NCBI GenBank assembly: GCA_043746305.1
Contig: JAYTRG010000023.1
Coordinates: forward strand, 1 to 29,384
Direction: 5' to 3'
DNA: 29,384 nt
DNA from: Candidatus Parcubacteria bacterium
GTDB lineage: Bacteria; Patescibacteriota; Minisyncoccia; Phycocordibacterales; UBA2100
Shown in pieces: positions 9,420 to 18,085 of this stretch. Every line of letters starts with the position of its first letter. Position 1 is the stretch's first letter. The notes beneath the pieces were generated by a model. It had not been told where the DNA came from, did no database searches, and worked only from the letters and a program-made list of their open reading frames with translations. The position numbers were made by a program, and so were the translations under genes.

Positions 9420-9950
9420 ATGTCCGGACACAACAAATGGGCGCAGATCAAACGACAAAAGGGAGCGGCGGACGCCGCCAAGAGCAAGCTCTGGGGCAAG
9501 TTGGGCAAGCGCATCGCTGTCGAGAGTAAACTTGCAAAAGGCGACGTGAGCGCGGCAAGCCTAAGAAGCGCCATTGACCTCGCCAAGAAAGCCAACATGC
9601 CTAAAGACACAATCGACCGCGCGATTCAAAAAGGAACAGCGGCGGACAGCGCAGAACTCGAGTCGATCACCTACGAGGCATACGGCCCTGGCGGCGCGGC
9701 AATCATCATTGAAACGGTTACCGACAATCGCAATCGTACTGCGCAAGAAATAAAGCACCTGCTCTCTGTTAACGGCCTCGCTCTCGCCTCACCCGGCTCG
9801 GCGCTCTGGGCATTCGAGAAAACAGCCGAAGGATACGATTCTAAAAACGAAATCCCTCTCTCCGAAGAAGACAGCGCAAAGCTAATGGGGATAATGGAGG
9901 CGATAGATTCACACGACGATGTTGAAAACGTCTCCACCAACGCTGCTTAA
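9420..9950 (+). CDS. yebC: YebC/PmpR family protein, short form
   Basis: MSGHNKWAQIK, YEAYGPGG, TDNRNRT and DDVENV; only 176 aa. Confidence 0.95.
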   Translation: MSGHNKWAQIKRQKGAADAAKSKLWGKLGKRIAVESKLAKGDVSAASLRSAIDLAKKANMPKDTIDRAIQKGTAADSAELESITYEAYGPGGAAIIIETVTDNRNRTAQEIKHLLSVNGLALASPGSALWAFEKTAEGYDSKNEIPLSEEDSAKLMGIMEAIDSHDDVENVSTNAA

Positions 9951-9983
9951 ATAGCGAATCGTACGGGGTGCGATAATGAATAA

Positions 9984-10469
9984 ATGAAAGTGCTCGCAAT
10001 AGATCCCGGTTACGGCAGGTGTGGCGTTGCCGTACTTGAGAAAACAGCTAGCGGGGAGCGGCTTATTCTCTCAGACTGCATTGAAACAATGTCTGGCGAT
10101 GTTTTCACCGAACGCCTCGCAGCAGTAGCGCAACACTGCATCGAGCTTATCGAGCGAGAACGTCCCGATTGTATGGCGCTTGAAAAACTTTACTTCAGCA
10201 AAAATCAAAAGACCGCTATGCGCGTAGCGGAAGTGCGTGGCGCTCTCCTACAAATTGCTACCAGCCGCGATTTGCCTGTTTTTGAATACGGGCCGAGCGA
10301 AATTAAAAGTGCAGTAGCGGGAAGTGGCAGAGCCGACAAAAAACAAGTGGCCGCAATGGTACGGCTCTTGGTGCGCGTCGACAAACACATTGAATACGAC
10401 GACGAGTACGATGCAATAGCGCTTGGCCTTACGCATTTAGCGCGTCATAAATTGCACGTGGTTTCTTAA
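9984..10469 (+). CDS. ruvC: Crossover junction endodeoxyribonuclease RuvC
   Basis: LAIDPGYGRCG, ALEKLYF, VAEVRG, GSGRADKKQV and DDEYDAIA; lies directly downstream of yebC. Confidence 0.95.
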   Translation: MKVLAIDPGYGRCGVAVLEKTASGERLILSDCIETMSGDVFTERLAAVAQHCIELIERERPDCMALEKLYFSKNQKTAMRVAEVRGALLQIATSRDLPVFEYGPSEIKSAVAGSGRADKKQVAAMVRLLVRVDKHIEYDDEYDAIALGLTHLARHKLHVVS

Positions 10470-10550
10470 AAAATGCTGCGCAATAGCATTACGTAAAATC
10501 ACAGCGCTTTCTCGCAGAACAGGTACAAAAGCGCTACACTTACAACCATT

Positions 10551-12986
10551 ATGAAGCGTCCTCATGTTCGCTCTCGAAAAATAACATTGCCTCGCATTCC
10601 CCATTGGCTTACGGTTGGCATGCTCGGCGCGGTGGCCATGCTTCTGTTCATACTCGGCGGAATTATTATTTGGGCTGCGGTTATGCCTATCCCCGCAATA
10701 AATGATTTTGAAAATCGCCAAGTTGCGCAGTCGACAAAAATATACGACCGCACTGGCAACGTTGTGCTCTACGATGTACACGGTGCAGTGCGCCGCACTT
10801 CGGTACTCCTTGATCAAATATCGCCCATGATACAAGACGCAACGGTTTCTATAGAAGACGATACCTTTTGGCAAAATTCTGGTTTTAGGCCGCTCTCTTT
10901 TTTGCGCGCTATGTTCGTGGATATTTTTGCCGGACAATACGCGCAGGGAGGCTCTACCATTACACAACAAGTGGTAAAAAATACTCTTCTAACACAGTCG
11001 AAAACAATACCGCGAAAAATTGAAGAAATAATTTTGGCATTGCGCCTTACGAGGTCGTATTCCAAAGACCAAATTTTGAGCGCGTACCTCAACGAGGTGC
11101 CGTATGGAGGCACTATATACGGCGTAGAGGAAGCGAGTCAGCACTACTTTGGAGTAAGTTCTCATGATGTTGATATCGCAGAGGCCGCGTATCTGGCCGC
11201 GCTCCCCCAGGCACCTACCTATCTCTCGCCCTATGGCAACCATCGCTCCGATTTAGACGCGCGCAAAGATCTCGTGCTCTCCAAAATGAAAAACTTGGGT
11301 TACATTACCGCCGACCAATACAACAGCGCCAAGGCCGAAACAGTCACGTTTAAAACCGAGGTCACGGCGGGAATTAAGGCTCCCCATTTCGTATTTTACG
11401 TTCTTGAGTATCTTGAGAAAAAGTATGGAGTTGACGCGGTGGAGCAAGGCGGCATGCGCGTCATAACATCACTTGATTACGACCTGCAGCAAAAAATGGA
11501 GAGTGTTGTTTCAAATCATGCGCCTGATATGCTCAAAAACTTTAATGCGCACAATGAAGCGATGGTCGCCATTGATCCCAAAACGGGGCAAATTTTGGCA
11601 ATGATGGGGTCTCCCGACTATTTCAACGACAGTATCCAAGGAAAATTCAACGATGCCCTTGCGTTGCGCCAGCCTGGCTCTTCATTTAAACCTTTTGTAT
11701 ACGCAACGGCGTTTGAAAAAGGCTACACACCCGGCACTGTCGTCTTTGATCTCAAGACGCAATTTTCAACCGCGTGCTCGCCACAAGATGTCGCTAACAA
11801 CACCCCTCCTTGCTATTCTGCGCAGAACTACGATCAGCAATTCGTAGGTCCTATTACACTGCGCGATGCCATTGCACAATCACGCAATATTCCGTCACTA
11901 AAGACGCTCTACGTGGCAGGTATTCCAGACTCGATAAAAACTGCACAAGATTTGGGCATTACATCACTTGGCGATCCGTCGCTGTACGGCCTCACGCTAG
12001 TCCTAGGAGGCGGCGAGGTTTCGCTTCTCGAGGAAACGGGGGCATATGGCGTATTTGCCAACGACGGCGTCAAAAACCCAACAACAGGAATCTTGCAAGT
12101 TATTGATAAAAACGGTTCTGTGCTTGAGCAATACAGCCCGCAACCAATACGAGTCCTCGACCCGCAAATTGCGCGGCAGATAAGTTCTGTACTCTCAGAC
12201 GACACGGCGCGGGCACCGGACTTTGGCGTACATGGGCCGCTTTGGTTTGATGGCGCGGACGTAGCTGATAAAACAGGGACCACAAACGACTCGCGAGATG
12301 CATGGATCTTGGGCTACACACCCTCAATTGCCGTAGGTGCCTGGGCAGGAAACAATAATAACTCGCCGATGGTAAAAAATATCGCTGCATTTATCGTAAC
12401 GCCCATGTGGCACGATTTTATGGCATATGCCATCCAAAAATACCCGGCCGACAACTTCCCTCCACCGGCGCCAGACCCAGCATTCGATTCCCTTCCGCCT
12501 GTACTAAAAGGTAACTGGAACACCGATCCTTCAAAAGGAGTACATGACTTATTGTATTGGGTACAAAAAAGTAACCCGCGAGCAGGCCCTCCCGCCAACC
12601 CATGGTCCGACCCGCAAATGGCATATTGGGACTACCCTGTGCAGCTATGGGTCGCAGCACAAGGTAGCGGCGCGGCGAGCGCCCCCGCTCTGCAGGGAGT
12701 GGCAACTACAGATCAATACGCACCATCGTTTGAAATAACATCCCCTGTCTCTGGCGTAACTATCTCGGGTGATTTGCCAATAGATGCGTCCGTTGGGATT
12801 CCGAGTCAATCAACTGTCGCAAGTGTTACTTATATATTCAATGGTGTTACAGCTGGTGTAGTTACTACCCCACCTTATAATCTCCGTTTCTCGCCACATT
12901 CGCGCGGCCCATCCATTCTTCAAGTAATATTCCATCTACAAGATGGATCATCCGCGCAATCCTCTGTCTCATTTACACTGCAATAA
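10551..12986 (+). CDS. Class A penicillin-binding protein (transglycosylase-transpeptidase) with a C-terminal Pro-rich linker and Ig-like extension
   Basis: N-terminal TM helix. Glycosyltransferase motifs EDDTF, GGSTITQQVVKN and RKIEE. Transpeptidase motifs SSFK, SRN and KTG. Confidence 0.95.
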   Translation: MKRPHVRSRKITLPRIPHWLTVGMLGAVAMLLFILGGIIIWAAVMPIPAINDFENRQVAQSTKIYDRTGNVVLYDVHGAVRRTSVLLDQISPMIQDATVSIEDDTFWQNSGFRPLSFLRAMFVDIFAGQYAQGGSTITQQVVKNTLLTQSKTIPRKIEEIILALRLTRSYSKDQILSAYLNEVPYGGTIYGVEEASQHYFGVSSHDVDIAEAAYLAALPQAPTYLSPYGNHRSDLDARKDLVLSKMKNLGYITADQYNSAKAETVTFKTEVTAGIKAPHFVFYVLEYLEKKYGVDAVEQGGMRVITSLDYDLQQKMESVVSNHAPDMLKNFNAHNEAMVAIDPKTGQILAMMGSPDYFNDSIQGKFNDALALRQPGSSFKPFVYATAFEKGYTPGTVVFDLKTQFSTACSPQDVANNTPPCYSAQNYDQQFVGPITLRDAIAQSRNIPSLKTLYVAGIPDSIKTAQDLGITSLGDPSLYGLTLVLGGGEVSLLEETGAYGVFANDGVKNPTTGILQVIDKNGSVLEQYSPQPIRVLDPQIARQISSVLSDDTARAPDFGVHGPLWFDGADVADKTGTTNDSRDAWILGYTPSIAVGAWAGNNNNSPMVKNIAAFIVTPMWHDFMAYAIQKYPADNFPPPAPDPAFDSLPPVLKGNWNTDPSKGVHDLLYWVQKSNPRAGPPANPWSDPQMAYWDYPVQLWVAAQGSGAASAPALQGVATTDQYAPSFEITSPVSGVTISGDLPIDASVGIPSQSTVASVTYIFNGVTAGVVTTPPYNLRFSPHSRGPSILQVIFHLQDGSSAQSSVSFTLQ

Positions 12987-13014
12987 AACCACCTTACAGC
13001 AAGTGCCTCGCCCA

Positions 13015-14115
13015 TCAACGATTAAGCGGCATCACAAGGTACATAAACGTGGAGTCTGAAATACCCCTGATCACGAGAGGTTTTCCAGGCCCCGCAAACG
13101 AAAGGGTTACAGAATCCGACTGTATGGTCGACAAGCAATCCGCCAAATAGCCGATATGAAAATTAATATCAAGATCTTCCCCGGAAAGCGCCGCGTCCAA
13201 TGAATCAGACATTTCGCCTACTTCCCCTGAGCGCGCAGTCACTGAAAAAATCTTCTTCTTTGGGTATATATGCAGTCCAACACTTTGATCTACACCCGCA
13301 AATACCTTGGCCTTGCGCATAATTTCAGTCAAATCACTTTTTAAAATCACAGCTTCAGTACTGGCTTTTTTTGGAATAATTTCCTTGTAATTAGGAAATG
13401 TTCCATCGGTCACCCGTGAAATAAACATGGTTGTTGGACTTAAAACCGCGCACTGTGTTTCATCTAATTCCAGGGTAACCTCCTCTGCCGGCTCTTTATC
13501 AAGAACAAACATCATCTCTTGCGCGTGTTTTAGTGGAATAAGTACTTCCACTGAGTCTTTCTTTGCAGCGTTGACTATTTTTTTTTCTGCCAAACGAAAC
13601 GAGTCTGTCGCCACGGCGGTCAGCGCCCCATCCTCAATCAAGAGGTATACACTACCGAGCTCTGGTCGAATCATGGAGGGGGACGTTGCATACACAACCG
13701 AAGCAAGGGCATGTAGGAGCTGTTTGCGTGAAATCAAAAAACCCCCGTCTCCAGAAGTGCGCGGTAACGCAGGAAACTCTTCGTGAGAAACGGTTTTAAG
13801 TGTATTTTTTGAACCGCTCGATTCAATCAACAAAATTCCCTCACTACACTCAAGCGACACTGTTTCTCCTCTACTCGTTCGCAGGACTTCACGCAACGTA
13901 CTTGCTGAAACAGCCACAATACCCGGCTCCTCAATATGAGCAGGGACAGTCACTTCTATACCAGCCTCTAGGTTTGTTGACCGTATGACGAGTGATTTTT
14001 TCGTTGCTTCAAGTAAAAGGCAGGCGAGTACGGGGAGCGACTCTTTTTTTCCAACAAGACGCTCGGTTAAAAAAATAGCCCGCAACAAATGCTCCTTAGT
14101 TGTACCCAGCTTCAT
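13015..14115 (-). CDS. dnaN: DNA polymerase III beta sliding clamp
   Basis: STNLE, VATDSFRLA, FPNYKEIIP and YLVMPL; 366 aa; downstream of dnaA. Confidence 0.97.
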   Translation of the reverse strand: MKLGTTKEHLLRAIFLTERLVGKKESLPVLACLLLEATKKSLVIRSTNLEAGIEVTVPAHIEEPGIVAVSASTLREVLRTSRGETVSLECSEGILLIESSGSKNTLKTVSHEEFPALPRTSGDGGFLISRKQLLHALASVVYATSPSMIRPELGSVYLLIEDGALTAVATDSFRLAEKKIVNAAKKDSVEVLIPLKHAQEMMFVLDKEPAEEVTLELDETQCAVLSPTTMFISRVTDGTFPNYKEIIPKKASTEAVILKSDLTEIMRKAKVFAGVDQSVGLHIYPKKKIFSVTARSGEVGEMSDSLDAALSGEDLDINFHIGYLADCLSTIQSDSVTLSFAGPGKPLVIRGISDSTFMYLVMPLNR

Positions 14116-14328
14116 AGAATGTTTCTATTTAATATATTATTACTATTAGTGTTGTGGATTCTGTGGATAATAACGTTTAGAGGCGTAAGATATGGACGGC
14201 ACCATGTCTTTGTAATGTGAATTACTTTTGTTTTATCTTGAACATCCTGTTTATAGTAGAGTTTATTAGCAATAACTGTTGATAAGCGAGTTGTTGTTCG
14301 CGTTTCCATCACAGTATATCCACAGGTA
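14116..14328. other. Replication origin oriC (dnaA-dnaN intergenic region)
   Basis: Perfect TGTGGATAA at 14162-14170 next to degenerate TGTGGATTC at 14153-14161. Further near-boxes TGTTGATAA (14277-14285) and ATATCCACA (14316-14324). The adjacent AT-rich tract reads TAA TAG TAA TAA TAT on minus (14134-14148), resembling DnaA-trios. Confidence 0.8.
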
Positions 14329-15675
14329 TTATGCATGTATTAGTGCCCGAATGTGTTCAATCTCTTGTTCGAGTGTGTTGTTTGTTTTAATTTCTTCTTT
14401 TATTTTTTCACACGAGTGAATAACGGTGGTATGGTCTCTGCCTCCGAGTTTTTCGCCAATAGAAGGATACGACACGTTGAATTCCTCACGGAGGATATAC
14501 ATGATTATCTGACGCGGCCGCACCACCTCTTTTTTTCTGGTTTTTTCGTATATAGTTTTTTCAGATATCTCATAATACTGTGCTATTCGGCGCACCACCT
14601 CGTCGACAGAAACCCCGCGACCAGGTTTTACATTATGTTTAATGAGCGCCTTGACGTCCTGAAGTGTTAATATCCTACCTTTCAGCTGAGATCGGCAGAT
14701 AATCATATTGAGAATTCCCTCGAGTTCTCGTATGTTACCGCGCACGTTTTCCGCGATGTACGTAGTAATTTCTGTGGGAAGTGAAAAACCATGCTGCTCT
14801 GTCTTGGCTTTTATGATAGCTGTGCGCGACTCGATGTCTGGCTCGGGGATTTCGGCAATCATACCTGCCTGAAAACGCCCCTTGAGACGATCTTCGAAGC
14901 CAGGGAGAAGCATCGGATGTTTGTCGGAAGAAAACACTATTTGCTTGTTGCTATCGTGAAGTGCATTGAATAAATGAAAGAGTTCCTCTTGGGTTTTTTC
15001 TGTATTCGCAATAAATTGGATGTCGTCCATAATCAATACATCGTATTGGCGGTACTGGTCTTTGAAGTTGTTTGCGCGACCCGATTTAACCGCGTTTATG
15101 TAGTCAACCGCGAAGCGCTCAGAAGTAACGTATAAAACTTTTATTCCGGGACGAGTTTTTTTGAAATAATTCCCTATTGCCTGTATAAGGTGTGTTTTTC
15201 CTCGTCCTGTGCTGCCGTAAATAAAGAGCGGGTTATAAATAAGACCAGGACGGTCAACGAGCGCGCGAGCTGCTGCGTGCGCCAACTGGTTAAATGGCCC
15301 GACTACAAATGTTTCAAAACTGTAGCGTGGGTTTAGATTATCTCGTTTGTCTATATATAAACCAGAGAGATCGATAGGAGTAGTTTCCGGAACGGTTTCT
15401 CGTCGGGCCGGCTTCCTGTCGCTGGTGGGGTTTCGGTGAATGGAATATTCTACCGACCTAATAGATGAGTCGAGTGTTCGCAGTGCCTTAAGGATGAGCT
15501 TGTGATGCTTCTCCATCAGCCACTCTTTTACGATTTTTGATGGTACAGCCACTTGCACTGCTCCGCCGTCTCGGCTCAGTACGTCGGTATTACGAAACCA
15601 AGTGCGAAACGATGCCTGCGACGTACCAAGCTCTATTTGTACGAGCGCATTTTGCCATAATTCTCTGTTGGTCAT
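14329..15675 (-). CDS. dnaA: Chromosomal replication initiator DnaA
   Basis: YNPLFIYGSTGRGKTHL, DVLIMDDIQF, NIRELEG and IGEKLGGRDHTTVIHS. Confidence 0.99.
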   Translation of the reverse strand: MTNRELWQNALVQIELGTSQASFRTWFRNTDVLSRDGGAVQVAVPSKIVKEWLMEKHHKLILKALRTLDSSIRSVEYSIHRNPTSDRKPARRETVPETTPIDLSGLYIDKRDNLNPRYSFETFVVGPFNQLAHAAARALVDRPGLIYNPLFIYGSTGRGKTHLIQAIGNYFKKTRPGIKVLYVTSERFAVDYINAVKSGRANNFKDQYRQYDVLIMDDIQFIANTEKTQEELFHLFNALHDSNKQIVFSSDKHPMLLPGFEDRLKGRFQAGMIAEIPEPDIESRTAIIKAKTEQHGFSLPTEITTYIAENVRGNIRELEGILNMIICRSQLKGRILTLQDVKALIKHNVKPGRGVSVDEVVRRIAQYYEISEKTIYEKTRKKEVVRPRQIIMYILREEFNVSYPSIGEKLGGRDHTTVIHSCEKIKEEIKTNNTLEQEIEHIRALIHA

Positions 15676-15830
15676 ACAGGGTTGGTATATGTTCTCGCAT
15701 TATACGCGGCTGTATCTGTTGTGAAAGCGTCCAAAATATAACCTGTTTTTCTAATGGTGTGGATAGCCTGGGGATATCTTTTTCAATTCGTTTTTAATTG
15801 TTACCAGACTCATGACTTAGCGCATAAAGG

Positions 15831-15859
15831 TTGAAATGTAACTAATCATAGCGTATTAT
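15831..15859 (+). promoter_or_regulatory. Sigma70 promoter of rpmH
   Basis: TTGAAA-N17-TATTAT, followed 6 nt later by the rpmH ATG. Confidence 0.65.
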
Positions 15860-15865
15860 ATGTGC

Positions 15866-16000
15866 ATGAAGAGAACGTATCAGCCAAAAAAACTGAAAAG
15901 GGTGCGTACGCACGGTTTTTTGGCGCGCACAGCAACTACGAGCGGTAAGGCGGTACTCGCTCGCCGACGCAGAAAAGGTCGGGCAAAGCTAGCCCTTTAG
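15866..16000 (+). CDS. rpmH: 50S ribosomal protein L34 (absent from the ORF track)
   Basis: Manual translation gives [44 protein letters not shown], at the canonical position between dnaA and rnpA. Confidence 0.97.
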   Translation: MKRTYQPKKLKRVRTHGFLARTATTSGKAVLARRRRKGRAKLAL

Positions 16001-16001
16001 A

Positions 16002-16319
16002 ATGCCAGCAGCGCACAGAATTGAAAGAAGCGCATTTCGCACAGCCTCTGCTCGAAGAGTGCATAGTACAAATATTTCGCTCTCAATAGCAAAAAACATA
16101 AATAATAAGCCATTATTTGGCTGTGTTGTATCAAAAAAAATTGCGGCAAGGGCAACGGATCGTAACGCGCTCAAGCGCCGCTGTCGCGAGGCCTTTCGGC
16201 CGGAACTCGCATGGATAGGCGCCTGGAGTATTGTTGTGTATCCAAAAAAAAACGCGCTTACAATTCCCTTTTCAGAATTTAAACACGAGGTCAAAGCTGT
16301 ACTTGCGCGTTGTTTTTAG
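16002..16319 (+). CDS. rnpA: Ribonuclease P protein component
   Basis: FGCVVSKKIAARATDRNALKRRCRE (RNR motif); follows rpmH. Confidence 0.9.
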   Translation: MPAAHRIERSAFRTASARRVHSTNISLSIAKNINNKPLFGCVVSKKIAARATDRNALKRRCREAFRPELAWIGAWSIVVYPKKNALTIPFSEFKHEVKAVLARCF

Positions 16320-16396
16320 ACGGGGGAACAGTCACCGCTGGCGAGTAATTGGCGCACCTTCTATGTCTTTTTTAGACCGCGGGTTACAATCTCGGA

Positions 16397-17125
16397 ATGT
16401 TTGGCGCTATTGTCGGATTTTTTCATACGGTAATTTACGTACCGCTCTATAATGCACTCATCTTTTTCATCGGGCATTTGCCTGGGCATGACGTGGGGTT
16501 TGCGGTAATTATCCTTACCATTATTGTCCGCATCATCCTCTACCCAGTCTCGAGACGCGCCGTGGAATCTCAGCTTGCCATGAAGAAGGTAGGGCCTGAG
16601 GTAGAGGAGCTTAAAAAGAAGTATAAAGACGATAAAACTAAGCAACATGAGGCTATTATGAAGCTCTATAAAGAGCGAAACGTCTCAATTTCGGCGGGGT
16701 TTTGGCTCTTATTGGTGCAAATTCCTATACTATTCTCGCTCTACTATATGTTTGCAAGAAGTGGATTGCCTCAGGTTGACTCTGCGATACTATATCCTTT
16801 TGTGCACGCTCCCGACGGTGTCAACATGCTGTTTTTGGGGTTTGTGAACATGGCGGCTCATCAAAACATTATTCTTGCTGCGCTTGTCGCCCTTTCTCAG
16901 TACCTCTACACCCGCCTTTCTATGGGTAAACGCCAGGACGACTCCCCTGTCGAGGCATCTCTATCAAAAGACATGGCTCGCAGTTTCGATTTGCAGGCTC
17001 GCTATATGATGCCGCTTATGTTTGGCGTGATAGCGTATATTCTTCCCGCAGCGGCACCCTTGTATTACCTTACGGCCAATGCCTTTATGATAGGTCAGGA
17101 ATTAGTGAGCGGCCGGCGCTTTTGA
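16397..17125 (+). CDS. yidC: Membrane protein insertase YidC (short form)
   Basis: GFAVIILTIIVRIILYP, MKLYKE and LLVQIPILFSLY; conserved gene position. Confidence 0.93.
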   Translation: MFGAIVGFFHTVIYVPLYNALIFFIGHLPGHDVGFAVIILTIIVRIILYPVSRRAVESQLAMKKVGPEVEELKKKYKDDKTKQHEAIMKLYKERNVSISAGFWLLLVQIPILFSLYYMFARSGLPQVDSAILYPFVHAPDGVNMLFLGFVNMAAHQNIILAALVALSQYLYTRLSMGKRQDDSPVEASLSKDMARSFDLQARYMMPLMFGVIAYILPAAAPLYYLTANAFMIGQELVSGRRF

Positions 17126-17155
17126 GAAAAGGAGATGGAGGAGTATAGTGCCTCC

Positions 17156-17626
17156 ATGAATGACATTCAACATATCATTGAAGATTTTCTCGTTTCTATG
17201 GGTTATCAAGCGTCCGTGTCGGTGACGGAAGTGGGGGGACAGACTATTTTCGCAATCGGAGGCGCCACAAATACACGCGACTTAATTGGTATGCATGGGG
17301 ACACTATCCATGCGATTGACCATTTGGTAAAAAAGATTGCAGAGAAGAAGCTTTTTTCGGCTCAAGATGAAGGTGGCAGGCAAGACACGCCGCTCTTTTT
17401 AGTTGACGTTGACGAATACCGAACGCGTCAGATTAAAGATTTGCAGCAAAAGGCAAAGATGATGGCTGAGCGAGCTCGTAGCTTTCAGTATGATGTTGAA
17501 CTTACGCCTATGAGCGCCTACGAGCGCCTCATCATCCATACGGTGCTTCAAAGTGAGCCAAATGTAACCACCGAATCTCAGGGAGAGGGACGCAATCGTC
17601 GCGTTGTAATCAAGTACGCCGCGTAA
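17156..17626 (+). CDS. jag: Jag/KhpB-like KH-R3H RNA-binding protein lacking the Jag N-terminal domain
   Basis: LIGMHGDTI (KH-like), MSAYERLIIH (R3H) and GEGRNRRVVI. Start is 17156, or alternatively 17135. Confidence 0.85.
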   Translation: MNDIQHIIEDFLVSMGYQASVSVTEVGGQTIFAIGGATNTRDLIGMHGDTIHAIDHLVKKIAEKKLFSAQDEGGRQDTPLFLVDVDEYRTRQIKDLQQKAKMMAERARSFQYDVELTPMSAYERLIIHTVLQSEPNVTTESQGEGRNRRVVIKYAA

Positions 17627-17634
17627 TCGAGCGG

Positions 17635-18078
17635 TTAAATTCCGGTTGGTGCGCAGGCAGCTGTGCCGTTGCCGGTGAAGTCTTGGAATATGCGAGAAAG
17701 GTCGAGGATGCAGGGGTTAATTTGATATAAAATCAACCAAACCCCAAAAAGGAGAAGAAGTCCAAGAATTACATTTTGAAGTATTTCTTTCGCTTGTTGT
17801 TTTTTGTCCCAAGCATCGCCGCCTTGATACAAAAAACCCGCCTGAACCAATTTTATTACTGCGAGAAACGCACCAATCGATATTGCGATGGTCATGAGGC
17901 CATTTAACGTGCCTCCAAAAGAGCCTGCTTGAGTATTCTGGTATAGATTTTGAATGGGTGATTTGTTGTAAATCGAGTTATCAAGCGGAACGAACGGCGT
18001 TGCCGTTGCCGCAAAAACTACGAGCGGCAGCGTATAGAGTAAGGTGCTTAGAGTGACAAAAAGATGCCGAAGCTTCAT
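17635..18078 (-). CDS. Pilin-like protein (VirB2/TrbC-like, CPR T4SS-pilin type)
   Basis: Signal peptide ending VFA, two hydrophobic helices around GFLYQGGDAWDKKQQAKEILQNVILG, and LILYQINP. Start at MKLRH (18078). Confidence 0.7.
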   Translation of the reverse strand: MKLRHLFVTLSTLLYTLPLVVFAATATPFVPLDNSIYNKSPIQNLYQNTQAGSFGGTLNGLMTIAISIGAFLAVIKLVQAGFLYQGGDAWDKKQQAKEILQNVILGLLLLFGVWLILYQINPCILDLSRIFQDFTGNGTAACAPTGI

Positions 18079-18085
18079 GTGTATA

